In this document: positions 22,251-31,993 of the stretch, in pieces
Layout of the letters: each line of letters begins with the position of its first letter
Position numbering within the stretch: the stretch's first letter is position 1
Assembly: GCA_021404905.1 (NCBI GenBank)
Contig: QWHN01000001.1
Location: forward strand, 2,162-66,161
DNA length: 64,000 nucleotides
Source: Candidatus Saccharibacteria bacterium CPR2
GTDB lineage: Bacteria > Patescibacteriota > Saccharimonadia > Saccharimonadales > QWHN01
Direction: 5' to 3'
Notes under the pieces: generated by a model
What the model saw: the letters and a program-made list of their open reading frames with translations, nothing else
What the model was told of the DNA's origin: nothing
Database searches by the model: none
Program-made: the position numbers and the translations under genes

Positions 22251-24658
22251 ACGGATTCGGCTGATATATCCTGAACATCTAAATGCAGCATCGCACCGGC
22301 TTGAGCTTCGCCGCTTAAAATTCTTTTGGCAACAACATTTTCTACGGAACGTTGAACCATCCGGCGCATCGGCCTGGCACCAAGCCGCGCATCATAACCG
22401 TTATCAACCAGCCATTGCTTAGCAGCCTGAGTTACGTCCACTTTTATTTTTTGCTTATCGAGAACTTTATTTACCTCTGTGATTAGCAAATCAACCACCT
22501 GTAAAAGTTCATTTTTATTAAGTGGGCGAAACAATACTATTTCATCAAAGCGGTTTAGAAATTCGGGCTTAAACTGACCGCTGCTAATAAGTTGGTCAAT
22601 AAAAGATTGCTCGAAAGACTCCAGGTCCTCACCTGCCTCAATATGTTTACGAACCTCATCCGCGCCGGCGTTCGACGTGGCAATAACAATAGCATCTTTA
22701 AACGAAACTGATCTGTTACTAGTGTCTTTTATTTGGCCTTCATCAAGAAGTTGAAGTAACACGTTCACGACATCCGGATGAGCTTTTTCAATTTCATCAA
22801 ATAGCACGACACTAAAAGGTTGGCGGCGGACTTGGCTTAAAAAACTCATACCGGTTTCGCTTGATGAAGCCGAGAGCAAACGTTCTACATCCTTGCTTTG
22901 AACGTATTCATTCATATCAACCCTGATCATGCGATCGCTTCCCCCAAAATATACATCAGCAAGAGCTTTGGTTAATTCCGTTTTTCCCACTCCAGTAGGC
23001 CCAAGAAACATAAACGTACCTACGGGTTTATTAGGGCTACCTACACCGCTGCGAGAACGTCGCAGAGCATCAGAAACTACTTTGACTGCTCGCGTTTGAT
23101 TTATCATACGGTTATGAATCTGGTCTTCAAGATTCAAAAGTTGTTGTTTTTCGGTTTGCGAGGCTACTTGAACTTTAACGCCAAGAGTTGCCTCAATGCT
23201 TTGTTGCACAGATTCTGGAGTCACAAGTCCGTTTTGCGCATTTGAAACTGCCATTTCTAAAACTTTGATCGCTTTGCCCGGAAACGCCTGATCTTGCAAA
23301 TATCTATCAGCCAAACGATATGCTTCTCTTAAAGCCTGGTACATAAAAGTTACGTGATTTTTATATTCTATTAACAAAACCTGGTCTTCCATAATACGCA
23401 TGGTGCCAAACTCATCCGGTTCTGGAACCGCTAGATAATTCATTACGCCAGCAAGTGAGGGATTGTTTGCCGAGAGTTCCTGCCATTGCTTAGGGGTTGT
23501 AGCTAAGATAATTCTTACTTTGCCGGCTTGGAGAATTGGTAATAAAACATTACTCAGATCAACCGATCCGGTACCTTCATGTAAAAATACCTGTGCTTCA
23601 TCAAAAAACAATATTATATTTTTTGCATGATAAGCTTCATTGATTATTCTTAAAACCAGATTTTCTAAAGAACCTCTGTCTTGAACTTGAGAGAGTATGG
23701 TTGATGCATCCAAAGAAAATATTTGACTGTATCGCAAGCCTGAAGGAACAGAATTGTCCATTAAAAGTCTCTCAGCAAATGAAAGAACAGATGTAGTTTT
23801 GCCAGCTCCAACGTCTCCGACTAAAATCACGTTGTTGCGTGTTCCGTTTTTCATGATGTTGATCATTTGATCTACAGTTTTTACGTGAATTTCAACGTCT
23901 CGGGTCAATAAACCACCCGTTGCCTGAATGTCGTTGCTTATGTTATAACCAAGGCGACTCAGCAAAGGTGTATAACCCGCCGTCCAGTCTCTGGCAATGC
24001 CACCAAAACTGCGGCGTTGTTTCAGTCTCTCCGCTACGATTTCTATCCTGTGCTGCCACGTAATACCTGCTATTAAATCAGCTGGCTCAAGTTGAAGCTG
24101 TTTTAAATAGGCGTCGTGCCCGGGAATCGTAAATAATAGAGCCGTGGTAAGGGTAGCACTCGTGATACTGGTTTGATGTTCAACTTTTGCGAGTTCGGCA
24201 GCTGCAGCTAACACTATAGGGGTGTGCCCGGGGTCTTTGCTGAGTGATTGCTCAAATATGGCTGTACCGATTCCATATCTCACAGTAAAAAATCTTTGAC
24301 GCCATAAGCCATTTACAGCTTGCCATAGGTCATAAGGAGAAGGATTTTTGGCTCGAAGACGCCCCAGAACTCTAGAATCCAGAGCTAAATGCAAGGCAAT
24401 TGTACCTGAGTTTGGATTAAATTCACCTTGAGAATTTCCAAGATCTCCTAGATACCATAAATATATTATTAAATCTGCTAGAGCAAGTGCGCCCACCAAA
24501 TAACCTACCCTTAGCCCAACATACACCATAAGAGCTGCAACAATTACTAACAAAAATGCGAATATTCTCAGTAGAGTTCTTTGATATCTTCGGCTTAACA
24601 AACGTGCAAATCTAGCTTTTCGTGCCCTAATATGATTGAAGTCAAAATTTAAATTCAT
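22223..24658 (-). CDS. Membrane-anchored two-ring Clp/Hsp100-family AAA+ ATPase
   Basis: D1 Walker A GDVGAGKTT and Walker B ILFFDEAQ. D2 Walker A GPTGVGKTEL and Walker B VVLFDEIEKAH; sensor ARPMRR. N-terminal TM helices (LLRIFAFLLVIVAALMVYVGL...). Start set at the ATG at 24658, which forms an ATGA overlap with the upstream ORF. Confidence 0.85.
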   Translation of the reverse strand: MNLNFDFNHIRARKARFARLLSRRYQRTLLRIFAFLLVIVAALMVYVGLRVGYLVGALALADLIIYLWYLGDLGNSQGEFNPNSGTIALHLALDSRVLGRLRAKNPSPYDLWQAVNGLWRQRFFTVRYGIGTAIFEQSLSKDPGHTPIVLAAAAELAKVEHQTSITSATLTTALLFTIPGHDAYLKQLQLEPADLIAGITWQHRIEIVAERLKQRRSFGGIARDWTAGYTPLLSRLGYNISNDIQATGGLLTRDVEIHVKTVDQMINIMKNGTRNNVILVGDVGAGKTTSVLSFAERLLMDNSVPSGLRYSQIFSLDASTILSQVQDRGSLENLVLRIINEAYHAKNIILFFDEAQVFLHEGTGSVDLSNVLLPILQAGKVRIILATTPKQWQELSANNPSLAGVMNYLAVPEPDEFGTMRIMEDQVLLIEYKNHVTFMYQALREAYRLADRYLQDQAFPGKAIKVLEMAVSNAQNGLVTPESVQQSIEATLGVKVQVASQTEKQQLLNLEDQIHNRMINQTRAVKVVSDALRRSRSGVGSPNKPVGTFMFLGPTGVGKTELTKALADVYFGGSDRMIRVDMNEYVQSKDVERLLSASSSETGMSFLSQVRRQPFSVVLFDEIEKAHPDVVNVLLQLLDEGQIKDTSNRSVSFKDAIVIATSNAGADEVRKHIEAGEDLESFEQSFIDQLISSGQFKPEFLNRFDEIVLFRPLNKNELLQVVDLLITEVNKVLDKQKIKVDVTQAAKQWLVDNGYDARLGARPMRRMVQRSVENVVAKRILSGEAQAGAMLHLDVQDISAESVQRENNPTK

Positions 24659-25032
24659 AAGCCCGCTACCCCAACACCCGCCAGCGCTAAAACAATAACC
24701 AATATCGGTAATAGTGGCCACAGTACTACGATCAAGATACCGGCTACAGTAGCCAATACCAGACTGAAACCAGCTGCGATTAGTACAAACGTACGCACCA
24801 TGAACCCAACAAGCCGAGAAACCATATTATCAACAAGAGCCCTGAGTTTTATACCAATCGCGGATTGCGTGCCAGTATAAAAAACGATCTGCTTCCAAGG
24901 TGCAAATAGGGTGCGAAGCAGAATGCCAACAGAGAAATTGTCAGCAAGATTTTGAATCTTATTTATTGATCTCTTTGCAATCCAAACCCATCCCTGGCCA
25001 TACCACCAGTTAAAAAATGCAATCAAAAGCAT
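24655..25032 (-). CDS. Small polytopic membrane protein, translationally coupled to the Clp-like ATPase
   Basis: 125 aa with 3-4 TM helices. Its stop overlaps the downstream ATG (ATGA). Confidence 0.55.
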   Translation of the reverse strand: MLLIAFFNWWYGQGWVWIAKRSINKIQNLADNFSVGILLRTLFAPWKQIVFYTGTQSAIGIKLRALVDNMVSRLVGFMVRTFVLIAAGFSLVLATVAGILIVVLWPLLPILVIVLALAGVGVAGL

Positions 25033-25072
25033 GATGCTATTGTAACTCGACTCGGTTAGTTTTTCACTCTGT

Positions 25073-25438
25073 TTATGTTGACCTTAGAGTGTAGCTAATC
25101 ACAGAAATCGCAACCATTGAAATTGTCCAGCCCCAATCTATCATCCAGGCAGTCTTTTTTTCTATTTCTATATTTAAAAACCGCTTAAAAACTGTTTGCC
25201 AAAACCCCTTATCTTTATCAATTCCACCGGTAGCTTTATTAATATTTGTTAAAACACAACCTCTAAAAATTTTTAAATGGGTTTTTTGCAAGATACCGAT
25301 AAGTAAAATAACAAAGGGATGCAAAAACCAACTTAGGATCAAACCTCCAATAATTACGACAAAGTGAAGCAGCATTTGAGCGTCATTAACAATACGTTTA
25401 CTAAATGATGGTTTAGCTGACACAACGCTTTGGCTCAT
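25073..25438 (-). CDS. Small membrane protein (possibly DUF2784-like)
   Basis: 121 aa with 3 TM segments. Weak resemblance around FRGCVLTNIN. Confidence 0.5.
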   Translation of the reverse strand: MSQSVVSAKPSFSKRIVNDAQMLLHFVVIIGGLILSWFLHPFVILLIGILQKTHLKIFRGCVLTNINKATGGIDKDKGFWQTVFKRFLNIEIEKKTAWMIDWGWTISMVAISVISYTLRST

Positions 25439-25445
25439 AAATAAA

Positions 25446-26117
25446 CTAAAAAATAAACTGCTGAAGGATTAAACCGGTTGCAACCGGCACAACTATATTA
25501 TCCCAACCCTTATTCATGGCACCTTCTGTAACTGTCAGAAAAGTTGCAATTACCAGTGCAGTTATTGCTGTAGATGAATTTATTAAACCAATTGCCTGGA
25601 AGAAACCAAACAACAAAATCATGGCAACAACAAAGAAAGTTGCGCTGCCAAATATTGTTTTTTCCGCACCGAATATTTTATAGTGAGCGCTTTTCACCCA
25701 GGTACCCGCAATGCTGGCAAGACCGTCCGCCAATGCAAGCATGAGAACCGCAACGGAGTAAACCAGCGGGTTTTTGAACATAAGCGCCGAAACTGCTACA
25801 CCAAGAGGAAATAAGAACTCGCCAAATGTTGATCTCTTTATTTTTCTATCTTTAACGGAGGAAAATACATCCAAAGATCTGGAGAGTACGACAATTACAA
25901 AAAACAATACATTTAAGACTACTATTTCACGCCAAGACATAAAATGGGGCAAAGTTGCTAAAATCAACCCGGCGCCAATGTGAATTGATTTTCTGGCATA
26001 CTCACCGTGCATAAAACCATTTCGACTTAAGATTTCGACTATGACAAGTATTGTTGCGATGGAGAGGAGTGTGACAATAACTGCTAGCATATGCGTTTTG
26101 ATGAGCAAAACTGCCAA
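25446..26117 (-). CDS. Polyprenol/dolichol-kinase or CDP-alcohol cytidylyltransferase-family membrane protein
   Basis: 7 TM helices. The RKSIHIGAGLI motif resembles the CTP_transf_1/DolK family. Confidence 0.55.
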   Translation of the reverse strand: MAVLLIKTHMLAVIVTLLSIATILVIVEILSRNGFMHGEYARKSIHIGAGLILATLPHFMSWREIVVLNVLFFVIVVLSRSLDVFSSVKDRKIKRSTFGEFLFPLGVAVSALMFKNPLVYSVAVLMLALADGLASIAGTWVKSAHYKIFGAEKTIFGSATFFVVAMILLFGFFQAIGLINSSTAITALVIATFLTVTEGAMNKGWDNIVVPVATGLILQQFIF

Positions 26118-26156
26118 TTATTATAACGCACTATGCAAGACATTTGCAGGCTTAGA

Positions 26157-26429
26157 TTAATTTTTATTAAAAAGAGTGCGCAGTTCTATTTTGGCTTGTT
26201 CTAAAATTTTCTTTTGTTGTTCTGGTAAAGATTTACCAGCTCTGTTTATATAAAAACTTAGCATAGACATTGATGACTGATAGGACCCTGCTTTTCGCCG
26301 TTTACTATTCTCGGCCGATTTCTTCAAAGATAATGCGATTTTTTTAGGGTCTTTCCGGGTAAAAACGCCTTTTTCTAGATCAAGAGCATTACTTTTTTCA
26401 GTAACCTCTTGTGCCCATTTTTTTGCCAT
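26157..26429 (-). CDS. DUF3175-like small basic protein
   Basis: 90 aa; pattern ALDLEKGVFT...KKIALSLKKSAE...SMLSFYINRAGK. Confidence 0.6.
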   Translation of the reverse strand: MAKKWAQEVTEKSNALDLEKGVFTRKDPKKIALSLKKSAENSKRRKAGSYQSSMSMLSFYINRAGKSLPEQQKKILEQAKIELRTLFNKN

Positions 26430-26439
26430 GACTTAAGGT

Positions 26440-26661
26440 TTAATCAACTGGTACTTGAGAATGCTCTTTTTGAGACTGCTTTGAAAAATAAAAAATATAG
26501 AAAACTTCTAGTATTCCAATGGTATTTACAATTAGTAAAGCGATAAACCAAACTTTATCTTTTTGCCCTGCTGCCCGCCAAAGCGCCCAACCCTTCCAAG
26601 TTAAAGACCACAAGTAAATCACAAGCATCCACGTCCAATTATTTTCAATGAATGATTCCAT
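26440..26661 (-). CDS. DUF5652-like two-TM protein
   Basis: WKGWALWRAAGQKDKVWFIALLIVNTIGILEVFYIFYF. Confidence 0.55.
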   Translation of the reverse strand: MESFIENNWTWMLVIYLWSLTWKGWALWRAAGQKDKVWFIALLIVNTIGILEVFYIFYFSKQSQKEHSQVPVD

Positions 26662-26877
26662 TTATTTTTCCTTTTGATTATTAGATTCTTCTTTAGAAGG
26701 AATAATTATGGCAACTATTATATAGGCAATTACTCCGGGAAAAATTCCGGTAAATAAGGTAGCAAGCACCCAGGCAACTCTTATTAAAGTCGAATCAACT
26801 TCAAAATACTGGGCAATTCCACCACAAACCCCTGCGATTTTCTTGTCTTTATCTGATAGGTATAACTTTTTCATCAT
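26662..26877 (-). CDS. PspC-domain membrane protein
   Basis: [34 protein letters not shown]. Confidence 0.75.
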   Translation of the reverse strand: MMKKLYLSDKDKKIAGVCGGIAQYFEVDSTLIRVAWVLATLFTGIFPGVIAYIIVAIIIPSKEESNNQKEK

Positions 26878-26923
26878 TTAAATTATAACTCAGATGTAGA
26901 ATATTTATAAAACTCGTCTAACT

Positions 26924-27000
26924 TGGTCGGGGTGCCGGGACTTGAACCCGGGACCTCCGGCTCCCAAAGCCGGCGCGCTAGCCAACTGCGCCACACCCCG
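26924..27000 (-). tRNA. tRNA-Pro (anticodon TGG), CCA encoded
   Basis: Reverse complement CGGGGTGTGGCGCAGTTGGCTAGCGCGCCGGCTTTGGGAGCCGGAGGTCCCGGGTTCAAGTCCCGGCACCCCGACCA. Confidence 0.9.
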
Positions 27001-27023
27001 TAACGCATTAATTATCAGACATT

Positions 27024-27058
27024 AATTGGCAATTGGCAATTGGAAATTAGGATTAGAC
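27024..27058. repeat. Degenerating 7-bp tandem repeat (AATTGGC x2, AATTGGA, AATTAGG, ATTAGAC)
   Basis: Read directly from the sequence between tRNA-Pro and the ORF at 27133. Confidence 0.6.
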
Positions 27059-27132
27059 AAAAGTTCATAAAGTTGAAAGTAGGCATTTGAAATAGCATTT
27101 AACAAAAAGTGGCGAGCATAGAAGATGCTTTG

Positions 27133-27774
27133 CTAGATTGGATAGTCTTCATCAAAAAGCATTGCAACTTGCTGGAGATTATTTATCTCAACTTCTGATA
27201 AATTTATGATATCCGGAAATGTAGCTAGATCTTGTTCAGCCAACTTATTGAAAACACCGTATTTGTTGGTGATACTAATATCCCCTGTTTCCATATCTTG
27301 ATCAATCCAAACACTATCGGGGCTGAATTTAAGTCTTGATATATGGGCGTTATTAAAATTACTTAACTTATGCATTAATTTACCTTCATTATTGAGCTGG
27401 GCTAAAAGAAACGTATAATTTACTTTGTTGAATTCTTCTGTGCTAGACATCTGAGTTTTTATTGCCATAACATAATCTTTACCAGTCTCAAAAAAACATA
27501 GCTTTTCAATATATACACTAGGCCATTGATTTGTATCTGGTGAAATATATCGCCTTTGATGTTCTTCAAAATAAGCAACTTGGGTAGACACCATACTTGC
27601 TCCATTTTTCCCCACATATGTTAGTCTGCAATCTAAACCCTCTTGTTGGATGCACTCTGTAATAGAGTCAAATAGATCACTTGCATAGCCTAAATAATTC
27701 AAATGAGCGCCAATTTCTTTCTCATACCCCGCTAGTATTTGCATGCTTCTTTTGTCTAAACCATCCTGCTCCAT
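27133..27774 (-). CDS. Hypothetical protein
   Basis: 213-aa ORF, 4 nt from the ymdB-like gene. No family recognised. Confidence 0.5.
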   Translation of the reverse strand: MEQDGLDKRSMQILAGYEKEIGAHLNYLGYASDLFDSITECIQQEGLDCRLTYVGKNGASMVSTQVAYFEEHQRRYISPDTNQWPSVYIEKLCFFETGKDYVMAIKTQMSSTEEFNKVNYTFLLAQLNNEGKLMHKLSNFNNAHISRLKFSPDSVWIDQDMETGDISITNKYGVFNKLAEQDLATFPDIINLSEVEINNLQQVAMLFDEDYPI

Positions 27775-27778
27775 AAAT

Positions 27779-28570
27779 CTATATAAATCTCCTAATAGTC
27801 GAGATTGACTTAGCCAGATGAGTTGTATTGTCTGTTTCTACCAATACTGCATTAAATTGCAAGCTTCCATCCTCTTCTAATTCATTTTTTGATTGAATCT
27901 GATTTTGCCAGCGTTTTATAGTAATGTCTAGCTTTACCCCTAAAGAAGAATGAATTGTTCCACACATGCCCACATCTGTTATATGAGCAGTTCGCTTGGG
28001 TAAAATCATTTCATCAGCTGTGGGTACATGCCAATGGTCGCCGATTACGGCGGTAACTCGACCATCCAAATAATAACCAATCATGCGCTTTTCGCTAGAA
28101 TAGTCTCCATGAAAATTAACTATAGTCGCTGATAGATGCCTACCTTCATGTTCTTCCAAAATTTTATCAACACAATCTAGCGGGTGGTCGACACTTAAAC
28201 CACCAGGAACTGTTGAGCCAAGTAAACTAATTACTAGCACCTCACCGTGAGCTGTATTTATAATTTTATGCCCTCTGCCAGGTGAAGATTTTGGAAAGTT
28301 TGCTGGGCGAATTATTGGTTGATTATTATCATCTAGATATTTGTGAATAGATGGGCGATGTAAGCTGTGGTTACCACCTGTAAAAAAATCTACGCCTAAA
28401 TTTTGCAACTCATGCATGTGCTTGGGCTCAATCCCCTTTCCATGCGTAATATTCTCAGACTGTGCGATTATCACATCTGGTATAAGCTCATTTTTTATTT
28501 CGGGCAGTACACGAGCAACAACCTCTCTACCCGGTTTACCCATAATATCGCCAATGTAGAGAATGTTCAT
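27779..28570 (-). CDS. ymdB: YmdB-family metallophosphoesterase (2',3'-cyclic-nucleotide phosphodiesterase)
   Basis: MNILYIGDIMGKPGR...GNH...HGD motifs. Located downstream of rny, as in Firmicutes. Confidence 0.85.
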   Translation of the reverse strand: MNILYIGDIMGKPGREVVARVLPEIKNELIPDVIIAQSENITHGKGIEPKHMHELQNLGVDFFTGGNHSLHRPSIHKYLDDNNQPIIRPANFPKSSPGRGHKIINTAHGEVLVISLLGSTVPGGLSVDHPLDCVDKILEEHEGRHLSATIVNFHGDYSSEKRMIGYYLDGRVTAVIGDHWHVPTADEMILPKRTAHITDVGMCGTIHSSLGVKLDITIKRWQNQIQSKNELEEDGSLQFNAVLVETDNTTHLAKSISTIRRFI

Positions 28571-29178
28571 AGTATTATTTTATTCTTTATTTCTAATATT
28601 TTCTTAACATCTGCGGAAATTTGTTCTGCATTAACAGCTAAAATAAAATGGATACCAAGTTTGGTTGCAGGTAATTGATTCTTTTCCTGATCATCAATCA
28701 AAACAACTTGAGTCGGTTTACAATTTAATTTTTTCAATAAAATTTTAAAGAAATCAGAATCGGGCTTTTCTAAACCCTCTTCGTGAGAAAGAACCACAGG
28801 ATCAAAACCATGATAATACCCTTTTTCACGAAGTAACTTTGAACTGGGTTGAAAAACATTTGAAAATATTGCGGTTTTTATGCCCAATTTCCTTAATAAT
28901 TTTGCAAGCTTATACACTTTTTCGTTGCGGTTAAAAATGTTTTGGTTCCTCCAAAAATGTTCATGATCTACATCTTTTTGTATATCGTGCCGAGATTTAA
29001 CAAATTCTAGAAATTTTTTCGAAGATATTTTACCTTTTCTAAGTTCAGCATATAAATCATCGGTATTGAGTTTCTCAAATGGAATATCAAAATATTCGCT
29101 AATATATTTCTTACCAGAGCCTAGCGTACCTCCAGTAGATAAAACTCCACCAAAGTCAAAAACTACCGCTTTTATCAT
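28567..29178 (-). CDS. HAD-superfamily hydrolase
   Basis: Motif I VVFDFGGVL; motif IV LIDDQEKN. Confidence 0.8.
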   Translation of the reverse strand: MIKAVVFDFGGVLSTGGTLGSGKKYISEYFDIPFEKLNTDDLYAELRKGKISSKKFLEFVKSRHDIQKDVDHEHFWRNQNIFNRNEKVYKLAKLLRKLGIKTAIFSNVFQPSSKLLREKGYYHGFDPVVLSHEEGLEKPDSDFFKILLKKLNCKPTQVVLIDDQEKNQLPATKLGIHFILAVNAEQISADVKKILEIKNKIIL

Positions 29179-29204
29179 AATTTTATACTTAAATTTTAAA
29201 CATA

Positions 29205-30719
29205 TTATTTAGCATATTCGACTGCGCGAGTCTCGCGAATCACGTTTATCTTAATGGTGCCAGGATATTGCATAGTTGATTCGATCTTATTGGCGATATC
29301 ACGAGCCAGTTTTATGGCAGAAAGATCATCTATTTGTTTTGGCTCTACAATCACGCGAACTTCACGGCCGGCAGAAATTGCATAAGCTTTGTCTATTCCA
29401 TCAAAACCAGTAGCAATGTTCTCGAGTTCTTTCATGCGTTCTGCAAAGTTCTCGGCACTGATATTTCTCGCGCCGGGTCGAGCAGCACTAATGGCATCCA
29501 CGACTCTAACTACCAACGCTTCTGGCGTGGTTGCTTCTACGTCATCATGATGAGCTTCTATAGCGTGAGCGATTTCTTCAGGAACTCCATATTTCCGAGC
29601 TAGATCACCGCCGATATGATGATGCTTTCCTTCAATTTTATGTGTGACGGCCTTGCCCATGTCATGAAGCAAGGCGGCATATTTACATGTTCGGACGTCA
29701 GCTCCAATTTCTTCGGCAATATTGCCGGCAATATGAGCCATCTCAACCGAATGTTTCAACACGTTTTGTCCGTATGAAGTTCTAAACTTTAGCTCGCCCA
29801 AATAGCGCATAAGTTCTTTTGGAATGCCGACAATGCCGACTTCACGAGCAGCATCTTCGGCTGCGCGGTCAATTTCTTTATCGACCTGTTTTCTGGCTTT
29901 TTCAACGACTTCTTCAATGCGGCCAGGATGCACGCGCCCATCCTTAAGCAATGTTTCCATAGCAACGCGTGCAACTTCGCGCCTGACTGGATCAAAGCTG
30001 GAAAGTATTACCATTCCCGGCGTGTCATCAACCAATATGTCCACACCCGTCTCGCGCTGCAAAGCCTGAATATTGCGGCCTTCTTTGCCGATAATGCGCC
30101 CTTTCATTTCTTCATCTTCAAGCTTGATTGCTGTAATGGTTCTTTCAGCAGTAACTTCTGACGCCATTCTTTCCATGGCTGTCAAAATAACGGTTTGAGC
30201 CTTTTCTTCAGCATCTTCCTTAGCAGAATTTTGCAGTTTTGATACAAGGCCTTTTAGATCTTCCTTGATATCACGCTCCGTCATTTGCATAAGTTTTTCA
30301 GCGGCTTCTTTCTTGGTAAGCTTTGCGATTTTCTCTAACTTTTCCTGTTGTTTCTCACGAATTTTTCTAATCTCGCCTTTTAGATCTTCGATTTCATCTT
30401 CATCCTTGCGGATTTTTTCTCCACGCTTATCAAGCTCATCGAGTTTTTTATCCAAAGTTTCCTCGCGATTTAAAACGCGCTTTTCAGCGTCGCTAATTTC
30501 TTTGCGACGATTTCTCTCTTCTTTTTTGGCTTCTTCGGCTATGCGAACAGCTTCTTCTTTTGCTTCAAGAATAATTTCTTTGGCTTTTTCTTCTGCTCTC
30601 TTTGATTCTTTTTTAGCCTTTTCTTGAATGTTGCCCAAGCGCTTTTGTGTCGCTATGGTACTGGCGCCAAATCCGGCAACTAAAGCAATAGCACCAATAA
30701 CTATTGTAATTGGATCCAT
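29205..30719 (-). CDS. rny: Ribonuclease Y
   Basis: N-terminal TM, long K/E-rich coiled coil, KH domain (GRIIGKEGRNI) and HD domain (LLHDMGKA). Confidence 0.95.
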   Translation of the reverse strand: MDPITIVIGAIALVAGFGASTIATQKRLGNIQEKAKKESKRAEEKAKEIILEAKEEAVRIAEEAKKEERNRRKEISDAEKRVLNREETLDKKLDELDKRGEKIRKDEDEIEDLKGEIRKIREKQQEKLEKIAKLTKKEAAEKLMQMTERDIKEDLKGLVSKLQNSAKEDAEEKAQTVILTAMERMASEVTAERTITAIKLEDEEMKGRIIGKEGRNIQALQRETGVDILVDDTPGMVILSSFDPVRREVARVAMETLLKDGRVHPGRIEEVVEKARKQVDKEIDRAAEDAAREVGIVGIPKELMRYLGELKFRTSYGQNVLKHSVEMAHIAGNIAEEIGADVRTCKYAALLHDMGKAVTHKIEGKHHHIGGDLARKYGVPEEIAHAIEAHHDDVEATTPEALVVRVVDAISAARPGARNISAENFAERMKELENIATGFDGIDKAYAISAGREVRVIVEPKQIDDLSAIKLARDIANKIESTMQYPGTIKINVIRETRAVEYAK

Positions 30720-30954
30720 AGGTTTTCCTTTCTTCTATTCCAGGTTTGGGTCAATACATTCAAAAGCCGCAGATAACGGTTAGAGGGATTATTTTAATTA
30801 TAAAATTGTTATTTTTGACATTAAAAATCCTGAAAAATTGAACTCAATAAACCCGGAATGAAATATTATTAACTTATAACTTTTTTTCAATCATGGATGC
30901 TACCATCCAACGCGCATATTCTACTGAAAAACAGTAGAAATTACAATCGCATTT

Positions 30955-31350
30955 TTACTTACGAGGCTTGGTAATATTTGCTTCACCGCCATAAAAAGGG
31001 ACAACGATTTTGTCGTCTTGGCTACTACGTAATTTTTCCATTCCAGAGAGCTGCCAATCCTCACCAGTTTCGCCTATTATCGGAATATTTAATGAGTACG
31101 CAAAGGTATTAGCAACTGTTATGCCTATTCTCAATCCCGTAAAAGAACCCGGACCTTTGTAAACTACAATACCGCTCAAATCCTGAAGTTTGTTGCCCGA
31201 TTTTGTGATGATATTTGATATTTCTCTAAGAATATCAACCGAAAGTTGCTTATGCGCATACCAGATTTTCTCAGCGATTAATTTGTCCCTTTGCCACAAT
31301 CTTATTTCAGCTTTCGGTTTATCCGTTCTTATTGTTAAAACTAAACTCAT
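30955..31350 (-). CDS. tsaB: tRNA t6A37 biosynthesis protein TsaB (short form)
   Basis: KGPGSFTGLRIGITVANTFAYSLNIPIIG. 131 aa, lacking the C-terminal half of canonical TsaB. Confidence 0.75.
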   Translation of the reverse strand: MSLVLTIRTDKPKAEIRLWQRDKLIAEKIWYAHKQLSVDILREISNIITKSGNKLQDLSGIVVYKGPGSFTGLRIGITVANTFAYSLNIPIIGETGEDWQLSGMEKLRSSQDDKIVVPFYGGEANITKPRK

Positions 31351-31802
31351 AGATTTTCGATTAATTTTTTATGTTTTTCATCATGTGCTTCCATTACAAA
31401 AGTACGCGAATTTTCACCTGTCGAACGTATAGTAATTTTTAGCCGGTGCGCAGGAAGAACGCCTTGCACAATTTTTCCCCATTCCACTGCGACAACCACG
31501 TGATTTTCGTTGACCGATTCCGCAAGCTGAGCCGCTACGACTCCTGCATGATGAAGACGATAAAAGTCATAGTGATGCAACTCTAAATTTCCAGCCTTAT
31601 AAACTCTGGATATAGTAAAAGTTGGACTTGAGACTTCATCATCTGAACCCATACCTTTTGCTAAGCCTTTAACAAATGCGGTTTTGCCTCCGCCGAGGTC
31701 ACTGATAAGCTCAATGATTTCTCCGCCTTTTAAAAGCTTGCCGATGTTAAATGCAAGGTTTGTCGTTTCAACTAAAGAATTAACTTTAATTATTTTTCGC
31801 AT
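31347..31802 (-). CDS. tsaE: tRNA t6A37 biosynthesis ATPase TsaE
   Basis: P-loop SDLGGGKTAFVKG; SPTFTI and HHYDFYRL motifs. Start set at the internal ATG (MRKIIKV); overlaps tsaB by 4 nt. Confidence 0.8.
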   Translation of the reverse strand: MRKIIKVNSLVETTNLAFNIGKLLKGGEIIELISDLGGGKTAFVKGLAKGMGSDDEVSSPTFTISRVYKAGNLELHHYDFYRLHHAGVVAAQLAESVNENHVVVAVEWGKIVQGVLPAHRLKITIRSTGENSRTFVMEAHDEKHKKLIENL

Positions 31803-31993
31803 AATATTAACCAGTATAGGGTTAACTACCTCTGTTTGCAAAGAAGCGTAAGCAAACATTATTTTGATTTTGACCTATGGTTATTTGACTCTGCCAACAC
31901 ACACCCCCTGGATAACGTAGAGTTATTGTACCTTTCAAGCCAGGATCTACAAAGCATTAGACTAAAGTATTTACCTGTTTAGCCAATTCGGTT

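Noticed and set aside
29334-30627. Antisense or alternative-frame ORFs inside rny, and similar ones inside recA, dnaK, dnaJ, ftsH, lepA, comEC, glyA and the LTD gene
   Set aside because: Each is fully contained within a strongly supported conserved gene on the other strand or frame and has a low-complexity S/R/F-rich composition. These are typical shadow ORFs.
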